DNA of 64,000 bases from an uncultured virus (IMG/VR IMGVR_UViG_3300021959_000014) (taxonomy: Duplodnaviria; Heunggongvirae; Uroviricota; Caudoviricetes): IMG/VR virus record IMGVR_UViG_3300021959_000014. One strand, given 5' to 3'. The translations under genes and the position numbers were made by a program. Shown here piece after piece: positions 47,031 to 56,520 of this stretch (within the stretch, counting starts at the first letter, position 1; each line of letters opens with the position of its first letter). A model generated the notes under the pieces. The model saw only the letters and a program-made list of their open reading frames with translations. It was not told where the DNA came from and searched no databases.

Positions 47031-48347
47031 CTATTTTACTTTTGTTAATTTTCTTTTTGGTAATCTTATCTCTTTTGGTAACTCTAACTTAGGAGGGGTA
47101 AACTCTTGTTCTACTGAGAATTTAGGAGTATATTTATCTAAATAGTTTTTTAGTAACTCCTCCATCTTCTCAAGGGAATAGTGCTCTCTTGTTATTCTTT
47201 TCTGAGTTCTACTTTTAATGATATTCTGTTTATAGTTTTTATATACCGATTTAAATGCTTTACTAGCTTCTTTATCATCAAAAGTAAACCATTTTGATTC
47301 AGGTATAATCATTTTTTGAACTACCGCCGATGGGTGTACCGTTTCTAATTTACCTCCTACAAGTAGATTTAAATCACTTCTAAGAAAGTCCGTATGTCCT
47401 GACCATCCTGATGCAATAATAGGTTTCCCTGTGGTTGTAAATTCTAGTAACGGTCTTCCAAAGCCTTCACCTCTTGTTAGGTTAACCATTGCTTTAACTT
47501 TACTGTGATTATATAGGTTATTAATGTCTCTATCCGATAGTTCTCCATGTAGTAAGTATACATTAGGTATTCTTCCTTTAACTTTCTTTCTAACAAAATC
47601 TATCTTTTCAAGTATCGCTTGCTGATCCATTATAGAACTATTTGCTGATTGAGTTTTTATAATCAAAGCAGGTTGAGTGTGTTGAGTTTTAAATGTTTCA
47701 AGGAAGCTTTCTATCATTCCTCCTATATTTTTTCTATCCTGTGTATGTTCACCTTGTAGCCAATGCCCAACGAATAAGAAGCAGAAATTTTCTTTAATAC
47801 TATCTAACGAATTAATTAACTCTGTGTTTTTATATTCACTTTTAGGATCATATGTTTTAGAGTCAACTCCTTCAAATAATACTTCTACTGGTTTGGTAAT
47901 TCTTAGTCTACTCTTTTCTTTAGTTTCGTTATTTTCTACATCGAACATACTGTTGATAAGAGAATTTTTACCGTGCTCTGAAGAAGTAAATACGATATCC
48001 ATATTATTTGCTCCAGTCACCCAAGTATCATGACATAGTGTAGTCTCCATAGCTGCAGTAACACCTATGTTAAAATCCCCTACTGCTTGAAATTCATTAG
48101 GTACTGTTATTTGTACCCATACATTTGGTTTCTTTTCTAGCTTACCTATAACCATAGGAGTAAAAAAACTATCTCCATGCTCTTTTAAGTAACCTGCTTT
48201 CGTATTTCCCCATACTTGAGGTAGTATCTTTATATCCCATTCATTTCCTTTTGCATTTGATAATGCTCTTACAAAATCTCTTGCTCTCGCTCCATATCCT
48301 GAGTATGTATCTATCGGGCATGATATAACTGCTAGTGGTTTGTTCAT
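47031..48347 (-). CDS. Glycosyltransferase family 4 (GT-B)
   Basis: SGYG, RKN, RGEGFGRPLLEF..GKPII..WSGHTDF. Confidence 0.88.
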   Translation of the reverse strand: MNKPLAVISCPIDTYSGYGARARDFVRALSNAKGNEWDIKILPQVWGNTKAGYLKEHGDSFFTPMVIGKLEKKPNVWVQITVPNEFQAVGDFNIGVTAAMETTLCHDTWVTGANNMDIVFTSSEHGKNSLINSMFDVENNETKEKSRLRITKPVEVLFEGVDSKTYDPKSEYKNTELINSLDSIKENFCFLFVGHWLQGEHTQDRKNIGGMIESFLETFKTQHTQPALIIKTQSANSSIMDQQAILEKIDFVRKKVKGRIPNVYLLHGELSDRDINNLYNHSKVKAMVNLTRGEGFGRPLLEFTTTGKPIIASGWSGHTDFLRSDLNLLVGGKLETVHPSAVVQKMIIPESKWFTFDDKEASKAFKSVYKNYKQNIIKSRTQKRITREHYSLEKMEELLKNYLDKYTPKFSVEQEFTPPKLELPKEIRLPKRKLTKVK

Positions 48348-48364
48348 AGTATAACCTGTAATAT

Positions 48365-49813
48365 TTAGTAAATTAATTTATGTTCTGTGTATTTAGGTGC
48401 AAGGTCTTCTACCTTTATAAAGTCAAATTTAGGTCTTGGTATGAAGTTTTCAAAACATTCATCAATACAGTTACCAATATTCTTTGACATATTTTTAGAA
48501 GACATCTGTGCTTCTTCTGATGTTACCCATTCTCTACCTTTCTTACCTTTCTTTAAACGATCTTCAGGTGTCATACTAAAAGACTTAAATATTGCTTCTG
48601 CTATATCTTCTGCTGAACATCTATCGTCAAATATATAAGGTGTGGGAACTGACCCAACTAATGAGATGTTACTTGGAAAGATCGGTATAGACCATTCACC
48701 ATGTTCTTTATAAGTACCTCTATGATTAGAAGGTATATCCTTACTCGGTGTAAACCATTCTCCTTTATCATCAGTAAATCTCATTTGGTCTTGCATACCT
48801 CCTGTTACGTTAGCTGCAATCATAGTTTCTGACATCATTGCTTCTGTCAATGCTAATCCCCATCCTTCGTTAGAAGAAGGTAAAACAACTAAGTCTGCTA
48901 AATTATATAACCAATTCATTTGAGGTGTTGTTAATTTACCTTCCGAGAAATATACATTAACATATTCTGGATCACATAGGTTCTCTCTAACTGCTCTTAA
49001 GTCTGTACCGTTTTGATCTACACTTTGAGTATGGAGTATTAAAGCACATTTTTTAGCTTCTTCCTTTCCTATCTTATCGCAGAATAGTCTATAAGCAAAA
49101 ATTAGATCTGGTACGCTCTTTCTTCTTATGTTACGTGAATTAAACATAACTACGTATTCTATATCTGTACGGTTCTCAAATACTGAGTTTTTAAATTCCT
49201 GGAAACCTTTAAACTGCTCATCATCTTTATGAATCTTAAAGAACATATTCTCATCTATACCGTGAGGTACGTATCTGATGATCTTACTTTTAGCATCTTC
49301 TCCTAATACCAATTTATTAATGTTAACAGTTTGTTTTGATATACCCATTAATAAATCACAGGAATTGTAGTATACTTTATTGTAAAGTGGTGCAGGGTAA
49401 TCATCCCATATGTTTAGGTACATAATAGGTATATGCGATCTAATTTCTCTTTCAATATCAAATAACCATGTCCAATATCTAGGGTCAGTAAAAATCATTA
49501 TAGCATCAGGTTTCTCTTGAGCTATAAGACTCCTAACTAAACCAACGTCTCCATATCCATTATAAGGAATCAGTTTAACGTCTGAGTCAGTCATGTTGGT
49601 AAGTTTATTTACTTCATTAGATACATCTTGCCCTTTTCCAGCATCTGGATGTTTTAATGCTCCTGCTACATGTACCCAGTTAAACTTATGAGCTAACCCA
49701 AATACAAACTCTTTACCCATAGTTGCGATACCTGAGTGCATTCTAATATCATCACAAAGTAGAAGAATCTTTTTTCTATCTTCTTTCTTTATATAACCTT
49801 CTCTATTTGTCAT
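48365..49813 (-). CDS. Glycosyltransferase family 4 (GT-B)
   Basis: PHGID, RNIRRK, SSNEGWGLALTEAM, GGMQDQ. Confidence 0.88.
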   Translation of the reverse strand: MTNREGYIKKEDRKKILLLCDDIRMHSGIATMGKEFVFGLAHKFNWVHVAGALKHPDAGKGQDVSNEVNKLTNMTDSDVKLIPYNGYGDVGLVRSLIAQEKPDAIMIFTDPRYWTWLFDIEREIRSHIPIMYLNIWDDYPAPLYNKVYYNSCDLLMGISKQTVNINKLVLGEDAKSKIIRYVPHGIDENMFFKIHKDDEQFKGFQEFKNSVFENRTDIEYVVMFNSRNIRRKSVPDLIFAYRLFCDKIGKEEAKKCALILHTQSVDQNGTDLRAVRENLCDPEYVNVYFSEGKLTTPQMNWLYNLADLVVLPSSNEGWGLALTEAMMSETMIAANVTGGMQDQMRFTDDKGEWFTPSKDIPSNHRGTYKEHGEWSIPIFPSNISLVGSVPTPYIFDDRCSAEDIAEAIFKSFSMTPEDRLKKGKKGREWVTSEEAQMSSKNMSKNIGNCIDECFENFIPRPKFDFIKVEDLAPKYTEHKLIY

Positions 49814-50006
49814 CTAATTGTTCTATATTAATATTACTTATTTTATGTATACCTTCTCTAAACTCCTTATCTGTAAGATAAAGAAAAATACTACGGGAGG
49901 CAAGCTTTTGAAAAGAAAATTTATTTTTTATGCATTGGTATTTAAACTCTTGGAATAAATCATCTTCAATACGAACGGTCGTTAACCTTTTTTCAGAATT
50001 TTTCAT
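49803..50006 (-). CDS. Small ribbon-helix-helix-like protein
   Basis: LTTVRIEDDLFQEFK..C..FSFQKL. Confidence 0.55.
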   Translation of the reverse strand: MKNSEKRLTTVRIEDDLFQEFKYQCIKNKFSFQKLASRSIFLYLTDKEFREGIHKISNINIEQLDDK

Positions 50007-50030
50007 AACATATATACTTATATATTTATA

Positions 50031-50038
50031 TATAAATA
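50031..50038 (-). promoter_or_regulatory. Putative late promoter TATTTATA heading the glycosylation cluster
   Basis: Recurrent octamer. Confidence 0.55.
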
Positions 50039-50044
50039 GGCCCT

Positions 50045-51010
50045 TTATCCATTAATAGCATCAGGACATATTCTCATATCTTTGAAAGCACAAAAATTGC
50101 AACCCCACTTACTAGGGTTAGTTGGATACTCTTTATCAACATACTCTCCATTTTTATCTACTGCTGTTTCTACAAATGTATTCATAAGAGAAACTGCTTG
50201 ACCTACTTTTATTTTACCAGCTGTTGGGCTAAATTCCTGTACTCTTCGTTGCATTGCTGCATAATCTGCATCTACTGGTACTTTACGTTTAACTATAAAA
50301 TACTCTACATCAATTTTTTCAATTGGAATATCAAACTGTTCTGAAAAGAACTTTTTATATAGTAGTATTTGAGCTAACTTTTTATCATCTGATTTAGCAA
50401 ATTTATTCCACCCTGATGTTGATGTTTTAATATCTACTATTTTCCATCTATCAACTCTTGCATCATAAAATACTAGATCTATAAACCCTTTAAACATTAC
50501 TCCAGGGCGTAATTCTTGATAAAGCAATGTCTCTACTCCTGCTAAATATATCCCCTTAGTACCAAAGTAAGCGCTTCTCTTCTTTTTAAGGTAGTTAAGT
50601 ATATGCTTACCGTCTATCCAGAACATAGTTAATTCATCTGTATTAGAAAAATGCTGATGACTATTTTGAGCTTTCTGTCCTTTATATGCTTTTATCATAT
50701 TCTCATATAACAAAGCGTCTAGATCTATTTCATTAGCAGTCTTAACTTTATCGTGGTACATTACCTCCAACCATGTTTGCATAGTTTCATGCATTGCAGT
50801 TCCAAAGGTTGCATGTATGGATGGTTGGTAAGGAGCTAATTTCCTAACGTATTGAAGGTACCATTGTCTCTGACAAGAGGAAAAACTGCTTAGTTGAGAG
50901 TACGAAATATGCTTATTTGATTTAGGAGATTGTTTTATCTTACTCTCCCATACCTCTTTTACTAAAGGATCAGCTTTTAAAACCTTTCTATCTGGATAGA
51001 TTTTTTTCAA
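50045..51010 (-). CDS. PD-(D/E)XK nuclease (RecB/Cas4-like)
   Basis: SYSQL..C, FGTAMH, GFIDLV..IVDIKT, Q..LY, CNFCAF..C. Confidence 0.85.
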   Translation of the reverse strand: MKKIYPDRKVLKADPLVKEVWESKIKQSPKSNKHISYSQLSSFSSCQRQWYLQYVRKLAPYQPSIHATFGTAMHETMQTWLEVMYHDKVKTANEIDLDALLYENMIKAYKGQKAQNSHQHFSNTDELTMFWIDGKHILNYLKKKRSAYFGTKGIYLAGVETLLYQELRPGVMFKGFIDLVFYDARVDRWKIVDIKTSTSGWNKFAKSDDKKLAQILLYKKFFSEQFDIPIEKIDVEYFIVKRKVPVDADYAAMQRRVQEFSPTAGKIKVGQAVSLMNTFVETAVDKNGEYVDKEYPTNPSKWGCNFCAFKDMRICPDAING

Positions 51011-51014
51011 ACTA

Positions 51015-51440
51015 TTAATCGTTTTTCCATAGACCTTTAGACACTAACTGAGCAATTATCCCATAGTTAGTTATATCTTGAAAGGTATCTAATAATGTTT
51101 CATTTTGTGCCTTACGCCCTGATATAATCATATTCTTCCATCTGTTAACTTTATCTGAAAGTCTATACCATAACCCTGTCATAGCAAACTCCATTTCGTC
51201 TGCTGTTTCTAGATTGGTTCCTGCACTAACATTATGCATACCGTAATCTAAATGTTTCTTAGCAAATAAGTCAAACTGTTCATACATTATCTGTTCGTAA
51301 GCGTCATGTATTGTTGGGTACTCTTCTCTTAGGATTTCTCTTGCTGAAGGAGGATTCTTAGCATTGCTGATTTCTCTACTGCTCATTTCTGTAACTTTTA
51401 TTTTTAATTTATTTTCGTACTCTTTCACTTGCTTACTCAT
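51015..51440 (-). CDS. DUF1599 / nucleotide-modification-associated domain protein
   Basis: KKHLDYG..RLSDKVNR..ETLLDTFQDITNYGII. Confidence 0.8.
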   Translation of the reverse strand: MSKQVKEYENKLKIKVTEMSSREISNAKNPPSAREILREEYPTIHDAYEQIMYEQFDLFAKKHLDYGMHNVSAGTNLETADEMEFAMTGLWYRLSDKVNRWKNMIISGRKAQNETLLDTFQDITNYGIIAQLVSKGLWKND

Positions 51441-51442
51441 AA

Positions 51443-51682
51443 CTAACCATTTATAACCTTAGATGGATTATCTTCTGGGAAGTATGTTGCTATTGCTGAA
51501 AGTTTATCATCAGCATCTACTAAGAGTTCTAAAGACTCATTAGCATCTTTTAAGAAATCATTAGCTGTATGATCTCCTATACCAGCTGCGTGGGTTGTTA
51601 GTAGCTCTAACGACATAAGGGCTTTTGCTTTATCTGCTTTTGCTTGAGCTTTAAGTGCTTCAATAACTTTGAATTGTGACAT
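51443..51682 (-). CDS. Hypothetical protein
   Basis: AGIGDH helical hairpin. Confidence 0.65.
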   Translation of the reverse strand: MSQFKVIEALKAQAKADKAKALMSLELLTTHAAGIGDHTANDFLKDANESLELLVDADDKLSAIATYFPEDNPSKVING

Positions 51683-51704
51683 GTTTTAGTATTTTTATAT
51701 TTAT

Positions 51705-51736
51705 ATAATATAAGAAATAATACTCAAACAAGCAAC
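51705..51736 (-). promoter_or_regulatory. Early-type promoter
   Basis: GTTG-N20-TATATTAT. Confidence 0.6.
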
Positions 51737-51738
51737 TA

Positions 51739-52911
51739 TTACATATAACTTTTTGTACTATCTTTATCTTTTGTTAATGCCGCTTGTGCTGCTTTTTTAG
51801 GCACGGTAACTGTTTCACCTGATTTTAGATTTACTGTCCAGTATCTAGGGCTTTTATGTTTAACATTGAGTATGTTATTTTCTAATACGTACCCCGATTT
51901 TGAGTCGTAATGTTCACCATCGTTTCCGTTTTGACCAATTATATCCATTCGGCTAGAATAAGGACTCTTTTGTTTAACCTCTTCAGGGTCTTTAACTTCA
52001 AATTCCATAGCAACTTTTTTACTATCTACCTCTGCCTCGTAAGTCTCTTCTCTAATAAACTCGTCCCATTCTTCTTCATCCTCGTTATATAAGTTCTTTT
52101 TAGGTCTAGCTTGATCAAAGGCAAAGTTTGCTGCTACTACTAAAGATATAGCTAAAGGATCAAATACAAATATAATTACTAATAATAATATATTAATAAT
52201 TTTATCCATAGGAGTACCTGTCAGTCCGGAAAGGTATTGTAATGGTCCTAACTCTCCAGCTACCTCTGTATTATTATCTAATTCTAGTATTGCCAGTTGG
52301 TACTTCTGTAAACTATCAGCTACTATTTCTCTTTTCCTTTGAATGTTGTTACGATTCTCCTCTTCAACTTCAATACGTTTTGCTGCCATCCTAAGCTCTG
52401 AAGTAGAGACGGTTGTTCTAACGCCCCCAGCCACCGAGGTGTCTCGTACTTGGATTGATTGAGATTTCGCATTAGAAAGAGTACTAATGTTATTACTAAT
52501 TCTTTTAAGTTCTTCATCATACCTAAAAACATCGTTTTCATAAAATTGTTTCTTTTGTTCTAAAAATGCTGTTTGGTTTTCTTTTACAGTCAACTGTCTA
52601 TAAGTATCTTGATAAGCTGCACTTAAAAATCCATATATACCCATACTAGTAATAAGTACTAAAACTACAGTAGCTACAGTCAGATATGTTCTAAGATACT
52701 TATTTAATGTGTCCCAATACTGGTAAAGTAATGATGCTATAACTAGTTTTGATACCTCTAAGGATCCAGCCATAATAATGACTTCAAGAGATGCTCCAGC
52801 AAACAACTTACTTAGCCCACTAACCGAATAAAATGCTGCAGAAATTGATACTGATAATGCAGAAATCGTTATAATGAAGGGGAATAAATTCCTCTTAAGT
52901 TTTTTATACAT
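51739..52911 (-). CDS. Multi-TM coiled-coil membrane protein
   Basis: Three N-terminal TMs, ITSMGIYGFLS, ELGPLQY, IFVFDPLA. Confidence 0.7.
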   Translation of the reverse strand: MYKKLKRNLFPFIITISALSVSISAAFYSVSGLSKLFAGASLEVIIMAGSLEVSKLVIASLLYQYWDTLNKYLRTYLTVATVVLVLITSMGIYGFLSAAYQDTYRQLTVKENQTAFLEQKKQFYENDVFRYDEELKRISNNISTLSNAKSQSIQVRDTSVAGGVRTTVSTSELRMAAKRIEVEEENRNNIQRKREIVADSLQKYQLAILELDNNTEVAGELGPLQYLSGLTGTPMDKIINILLLVIIFVFDPLAISLVVAANFAFDQARPKKNLYNEDEEEWDEFIREETYEAEVDSKKVAMEFEVKDPEEVKQKSPYSSRMDIIGQNGNDGEHYDSKSGYVLENNILNVKHKSPRYWTVNLKSGETVTVPKKAAQAALTKDKDSTKSYM

Positions 52912-52921
52912 AATTCAAATA

Positions 52922-53353
52922 TTACTTAACAAGTAGTAGTAACGTTGCAACTGCTCCAACTGTTGTTCCTATTTTATAAATAGTAGTCATCGCTTTTTGT
53001 CGCTTAAGTGACCTTTCTAAATCCTCAGATAGACGTTGTTGCACACTGTATTTAGTGTTAAGTTCAGTAAATATGTTATCGTAGTTACTTACTTGACTTT
53101 CTAGATTAGTAACTAAAATAGATTGCGTGTTTAGTTTTAAATTAGTCTCCTTAAGTAGTTTATTAGTGGTACTAAGTTGTAGGGTGATTTGATCAAAAGA
53201 TACAAGATCCTTTACTACTAACTTTGCTACTGGTTTACTTAATACTATCTTTGTACTGTCTTTGGTAACGTTTTGAGAAAAACTCTTGAAGCTGAGAGCC
53301 ACCAAAAGTATCAATAGCGTTAAGCTTCTGTTCAGTTTCTTTTTTAATAACAT
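52922..53353 (-). CDS. Exported coiled-coil protein with C-terminal hydrophobic helix, spanin-like candidate
   Basis: Signal peptide SFS/Q; 119-nt overlap with upstream gene. Confidence 0.5.
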   Translation of the reverse strand: MLLKKKLNRSLTLLILLVALSFKSFSQNVTKDSTKIVLSKPVAKLVVKDLVSFDQITLQLSTTNKLLKETNLKLNTQSILVTNLESQVSNYDNIFTELNTKYSVQQRLSEDLERSLKRQKAMTTIYKIGTTVGAVATLLLLVK

Positions 53354-53606
53354 ATATCTTTGTATTTAATAAGTTTATTTTATTGCTAAACTTATCCAAC
53401 TCAGTATTTAACGAATCTGCTTCTACTTGTAGATAGCTATTTTTAGTTTGTATTGAATCTATTCTACTCTGTAAAATATTTATTTGAGTTTGGTAAGCTT
53501 TTATATCTACATCAATTGAAGGATTATTCCATATCATATATGCTACAAATCCTCCTAAGATTGCGCATAATAAATACCTGCTTGTATAGCTTTGTTGTGT
53601 GCCCAT
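53235..53606 (-). CDS. TM plus coiled-coil protein, i-spanin-like candidate
   Basis: N-terminal TM; next to the endolysin candidate. Confidence 0.5.
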   Translation of the reverse strand: MGTQQSYTSRYLLCAILGGFVAYMIWNNPSIDVDIKAYQTQINILQSRIDSIQTKNSYLQVEADSLNTELDKFSNKINLLNTKIYVIKKETEQKLNAIDTFGGSQLQEFFSKRYQRQYKDSIK

Positions 53607-53609
53607 ACT

Positions 53610-53641
53610 TTAATATAAGAATAATAATTCAATTAAGCAAC
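53610..53641 (-). promoter_or_regulatory. Early-type promoter
   Basis: GTTG-N20-TATATTAA. Confidence 0.6.
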
Positions 53642-54253
53642 TATATCTTTACTTTCTAAAAGAGTGTAGGAAAAAGAGTTACCGTACTTATCTGATGCTT
53701 TATGCATAATTGCCATAAATTCATTAAAATCAGATTCTTTAGAAAATACTTGACAACCTGCTGACCATTTATCAATCTGAGTTGAACCATTCACAAACTT
53801 TCCAGCTTTATGAATATTGATTCCAAATATACCTTCATGTACATTCTCTTCAATCATATCGTATTTACCGTCTTTATTATTATCTCTGTAGACTTTTACA
53901 GGTGACTTCTGTCTTAGTGCTTCGTATTTACCTTGGTGTAATCCTATTTTATGAGAACCTCTATATTGACCTGGTTTTAGTATTGCTACTCCGTCTTTAT
54001 TTAATAAATTCCTTTCCCAATGTGAACCTGGGTCTGTTGTGCTTTTATAACATTTAAATTTCCACTCTCCATTATCTTTATAAGATAGTGTTATACAGTC
54101 GTCAAATTTATTTGTAACTTCGTTATTAGTGTTAGAGTTTCTTACTCCTATTATATTTACGTCATAATCTCCTCCAGTAAAGTACTTGTAACCTTTACTC
54201 TTCATCGTCTCTTCTATTTCTTCTCTCGTGTAACAGTTCATATTTATCTGCAT
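53633..54253 (-). CDS. YkuD/L,D-transpeptidase-like cell-wall enzyme, endolysin candidate
   Basis: GINIHKAG...WSAGCQV catalytic-type His/Cys motif. Confidence 0.65.
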   Translation of the reverse strand: MQINMNCYTREEIEETMKSKGYKYFTGGDYDVNIIGVRNSNTNNEVTNKFDDCITLSYKDNGEWKFKCYKSTTDPGSHWERNLLNKDGVAILKPGQYRGSHKIGLHQGKYEALRQKSPVKVYRDNNKDGKYDMIEENVHEGIFGINIHKAGKFVNGSTQIDKWSAGCQVFSKESDFNEFMAIMHKASDKYGNSFSYTLLESKDIVA

Positions 54254-54480
54254 TTATTTTTAATTTCATTATATAGTTCCTCAGCATACCCTGCTGGGTC
54301 TTCAATGTGTTCTTTAGTTGATTCTATTTTACCTATTAAGCAATTTTTGAAATGCTTACCGCTTTTACCTTTCAATAAAGTTTCTATTGCGCATGCTTTC
54401 ATCCAGGTTCTAGGATCATTTCCTTGAACTGAGGATTTAACATCATTTATTGCAATCATACAAGCTACTGCGTTTGCCAT
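54244..54480 (-). CDS. Small Cys-containing hypothetical protein
   Basis: ORF track. Confidence 0.55.
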   Translation of the reverse strand: MANAVACMIAINDVKSSVQGNDPRTWMKACAIETLLKGKSGKHFKNCLIGKIESTKEHIEDPAGYAEELYNEIKNKCR

Positions 54481-54592
54481 ATTATTTTAAATATTATCGC
54501 TTTCTTGATGTAGAATGATAAACTCTTCTATAAGCTCTTCACTCTCTAAATTTATACCGTATGTCATAGTTCTATTACTTTTATAGTAGTAT

Positions 54593-54994
54593 CTAAAATT
54601 TACTTTCCTTTTTCAATTCATCAATCTCTTTTTGTATATCTTCTAGTGATTGTGAGATTGTGAAATCTAAACCTGCTTTAAAATGTATTTCGTCAAAACC
54701 GTCTTTAAATATTATGATGTGTGGGATTGTTCTGACTTTATGTTTCTTTTTAGCTTTTGGTGCTTTAGCGATATCGCATCTATAGTATTTAACTCCTTCT
54801 ATTTTATCCCAATGTTCAAAAGAATTGTCATCATTAAAGGATGCCCAAAATTCTACGACGACTATCGAAATGTTATCATCTTGAAAAGCCGATCTACCTT
54901 CTACAGCTTGTTCAAAATTATCATCAGTTAAAATCTGTTGACCGTAAATTGAGCTTGTAATAAGCACCAGTGCTATAACTATAAACTTTTTCAT
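54593..54994 (-). CDS. Exported thioredoxin-fold protein lacking CxxC
   Basis: Signal IYG/Q; LTDDNF..VVVEFWASFN..VRTIPHIIIFKDG. Confidence 0.75.
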   Translation of the reverse strand: MKKFIVIALVLITSSIYGQQILTDDNFEQAVEGRSAFQDDNISIVVVEFWASFNDDNSFEHWDKIEGVKYYRCDIAKAPKAKKKHKVRTIPHIIIFKDGFDEIHFKAGLDFTISQSLEDIQKEIDELKKESKF

Positions 54995-54995
54995 A

Positions 54996-55280
54996 TTAGT
55001 TTCTTTTTTGTAAATCAAAGAGTCTCTCATCAATCTTATTAAGCTGATTCTTAATTTCTTCTACATCATCCTGAGTATTAATGATAGCATCTCTAATTGC
55101 TTCATCTTTCATTTGAAACTCTATCCTTTGAATTTCAGGTTCCGGAAGTTCTTTTGCTTCTTCTATATCTGCTTGAAGTGAAAACCACATTCCGATAACA
55201 GTTGCAAGACCGAATAAAACTATACCTATTGTTTTGAGGTCTAAAGTAATTTTAGTTTCCTCTCCTATTTGTTTTGCCAT
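54996..55280 (-). CDS. Small TM plus coiled-coil protein
   Basis: One TM, C-terminal heptads. Confidence 0.65.
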   Translation of the reverse strand: MAKQIGEETKITLDLKTIGIVLFGLATVIGMWFSLQADIEEAKELPEPEIQRIEFQMKDEAIRDAIINTQDDVEEIKNQLNKIDERLFDLQKRN

Positions 55281-55286
55281 TTTATA

Positions 55287-56492
55287 TTATTTAAAAGAGT
55301 AATTTAAACCAAATGTTGTTTGATATAATTTACTGTCCCACATTTTAGAATATTCACCTTGTATAAATATACCTAAGTTCTTCCCTATTTTAGTACCTAA
55401 TGATGCTCCAAATGAATAATCAGACCATTGCTCTAATTCTGCATCTTGTCTCAATCCACCTTTACCCCAATTGTTTCTATTTAAGTACGATGCTTCTTCA
55501 TCACCTTTTATGTATCTATGGTAAGGTAGAATGTAGTTAGCATATCCATGGAACCAAAAATCTCTTTTGTAGTGGTAGAAATCTAATCCTACTATAGGTG
55601 CTACTTCTACCCATGAATCTAATTCATCCCAAGCTAATCCATTAAATTCATTCATAAGTGATGGCATTATTCTTTCTCTGAAGTCTAAGTCTGATGATGC
55701 GACTTGTGTTCCTTCTTCATCTATCCAATACCAATCCTGTGTAGTTATTTCTTCACCTGTGGTTGGGTCAGTGCTTGTTTGAGTGTAAAAAACATCTTGG
55801 TATCCATTTTCATATCCTAATTGATACCATTGATTAACTGGATTGCCATCTGCATCTGTTTCATTTAACCAAATCTCTATTGGATTATATCCATATGCTC
55901 TTTCATGTCCTCTAGCTATAGCACCTGCTGATATAGAAAACTTCTTACCTATTGGTAATCTAGCTCTAAGTTCAGCTGAGTTAAATTTTAAGTTAATTTT
56001 CTCTACTGATCTAGATTGTACTTTTAGTATATGGTACTTTCCAGTGTGTTTTAAAAAGAAATTATAATTAGTGAAATCCTGCCCTCTCCATCTTTCTTTC
56101 TCAAAATGAAATAAATATTCGAGTCCCTGTACAGCTGATGTTGGTGCTGAAAATACTAACTGCTCTTCAGTACCATCATAAAAGTTCTTAGGTTTTCTTT
56201 CGTAATCAAATCTAGCTAATTTTCTTATTCCGAATCCATATCTATAATCAAAAGGAAATACTTCTGTATTGTTAACTACATCCGGTATAGAATATAAACT
56301 TCCATCAGGATTAGTTCTAAGGAAATATGTTTGTTCTTCTGCTTCAACAGAATTGGATATATCTCCTGCTCCGTATACTGTACCGTATTTTAAGAAATCT
56401 GTATATATAGATTTAAAGAAGCCCGGCTTTTCTTCCTGTGCCCATACTTGTGTTGAAAGTAATACTGTAAATAATACTAATAATTTTTTCAT
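55287..56492 (-). CDS. Predicted outer-membrane beta-barrel protein
   Basis: Signal VWA/Q; alternating aromatic strands; ends FGLNYSFK. Confidence 0.6.
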   Translation of the reverse strand: MKKLLVLFTVLLSTQVWAQEEKPGFFKSIYTDFLKYGTVYGAGDISNSVEAEEQTYFLRTNPDGSLYSIPDVVNNTEVFPFDYRYGFGIRKLARFDYERKPKNFYDGTEEQLVFSAPTSAVQGLEYLFHFEKERWRGQDFTNYNFFLKHTGKYHILKVQSRSVEKINLKFNSAELRARLPIGKKFSISAGAIARGHERAYGYNPIEIWLNETDADGNPVNQWYQLGYENGYQDVFYTQTSTDPTTGEEITTQDWYWIDEEGTQVASSDLDFRERIMPSLMNEFNGLAWDELDSWVEVAPIVGLDFYHYKRDFWFHGYANYILPYHRYIKGDEEASYLNRNNWGKGGLRQDAELEQWSDYSFGASLGTKIGKNLGIFIQGEYSKMWDSKLYQTTFGLNYSFK

Positions 56493-56511
56493 CTCTTTAG
56501 TTTTAATTTAT

Positions 56512-56519
56512 TATAAATA
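56512..56519 (-). promoter_or_regulatory. Putative late promoter TATTTATA
   Basis: Recurrent octamer. Confidence 0.55.
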
Positions 56520-56520
56520 G

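Noticed and set aside
50045..51010. Cas4-like gene as evidence of a CRISPR system
   Set aside because: Stand-alone PD-(D/E)XK nucleases are common in phages; no array or other cas genes
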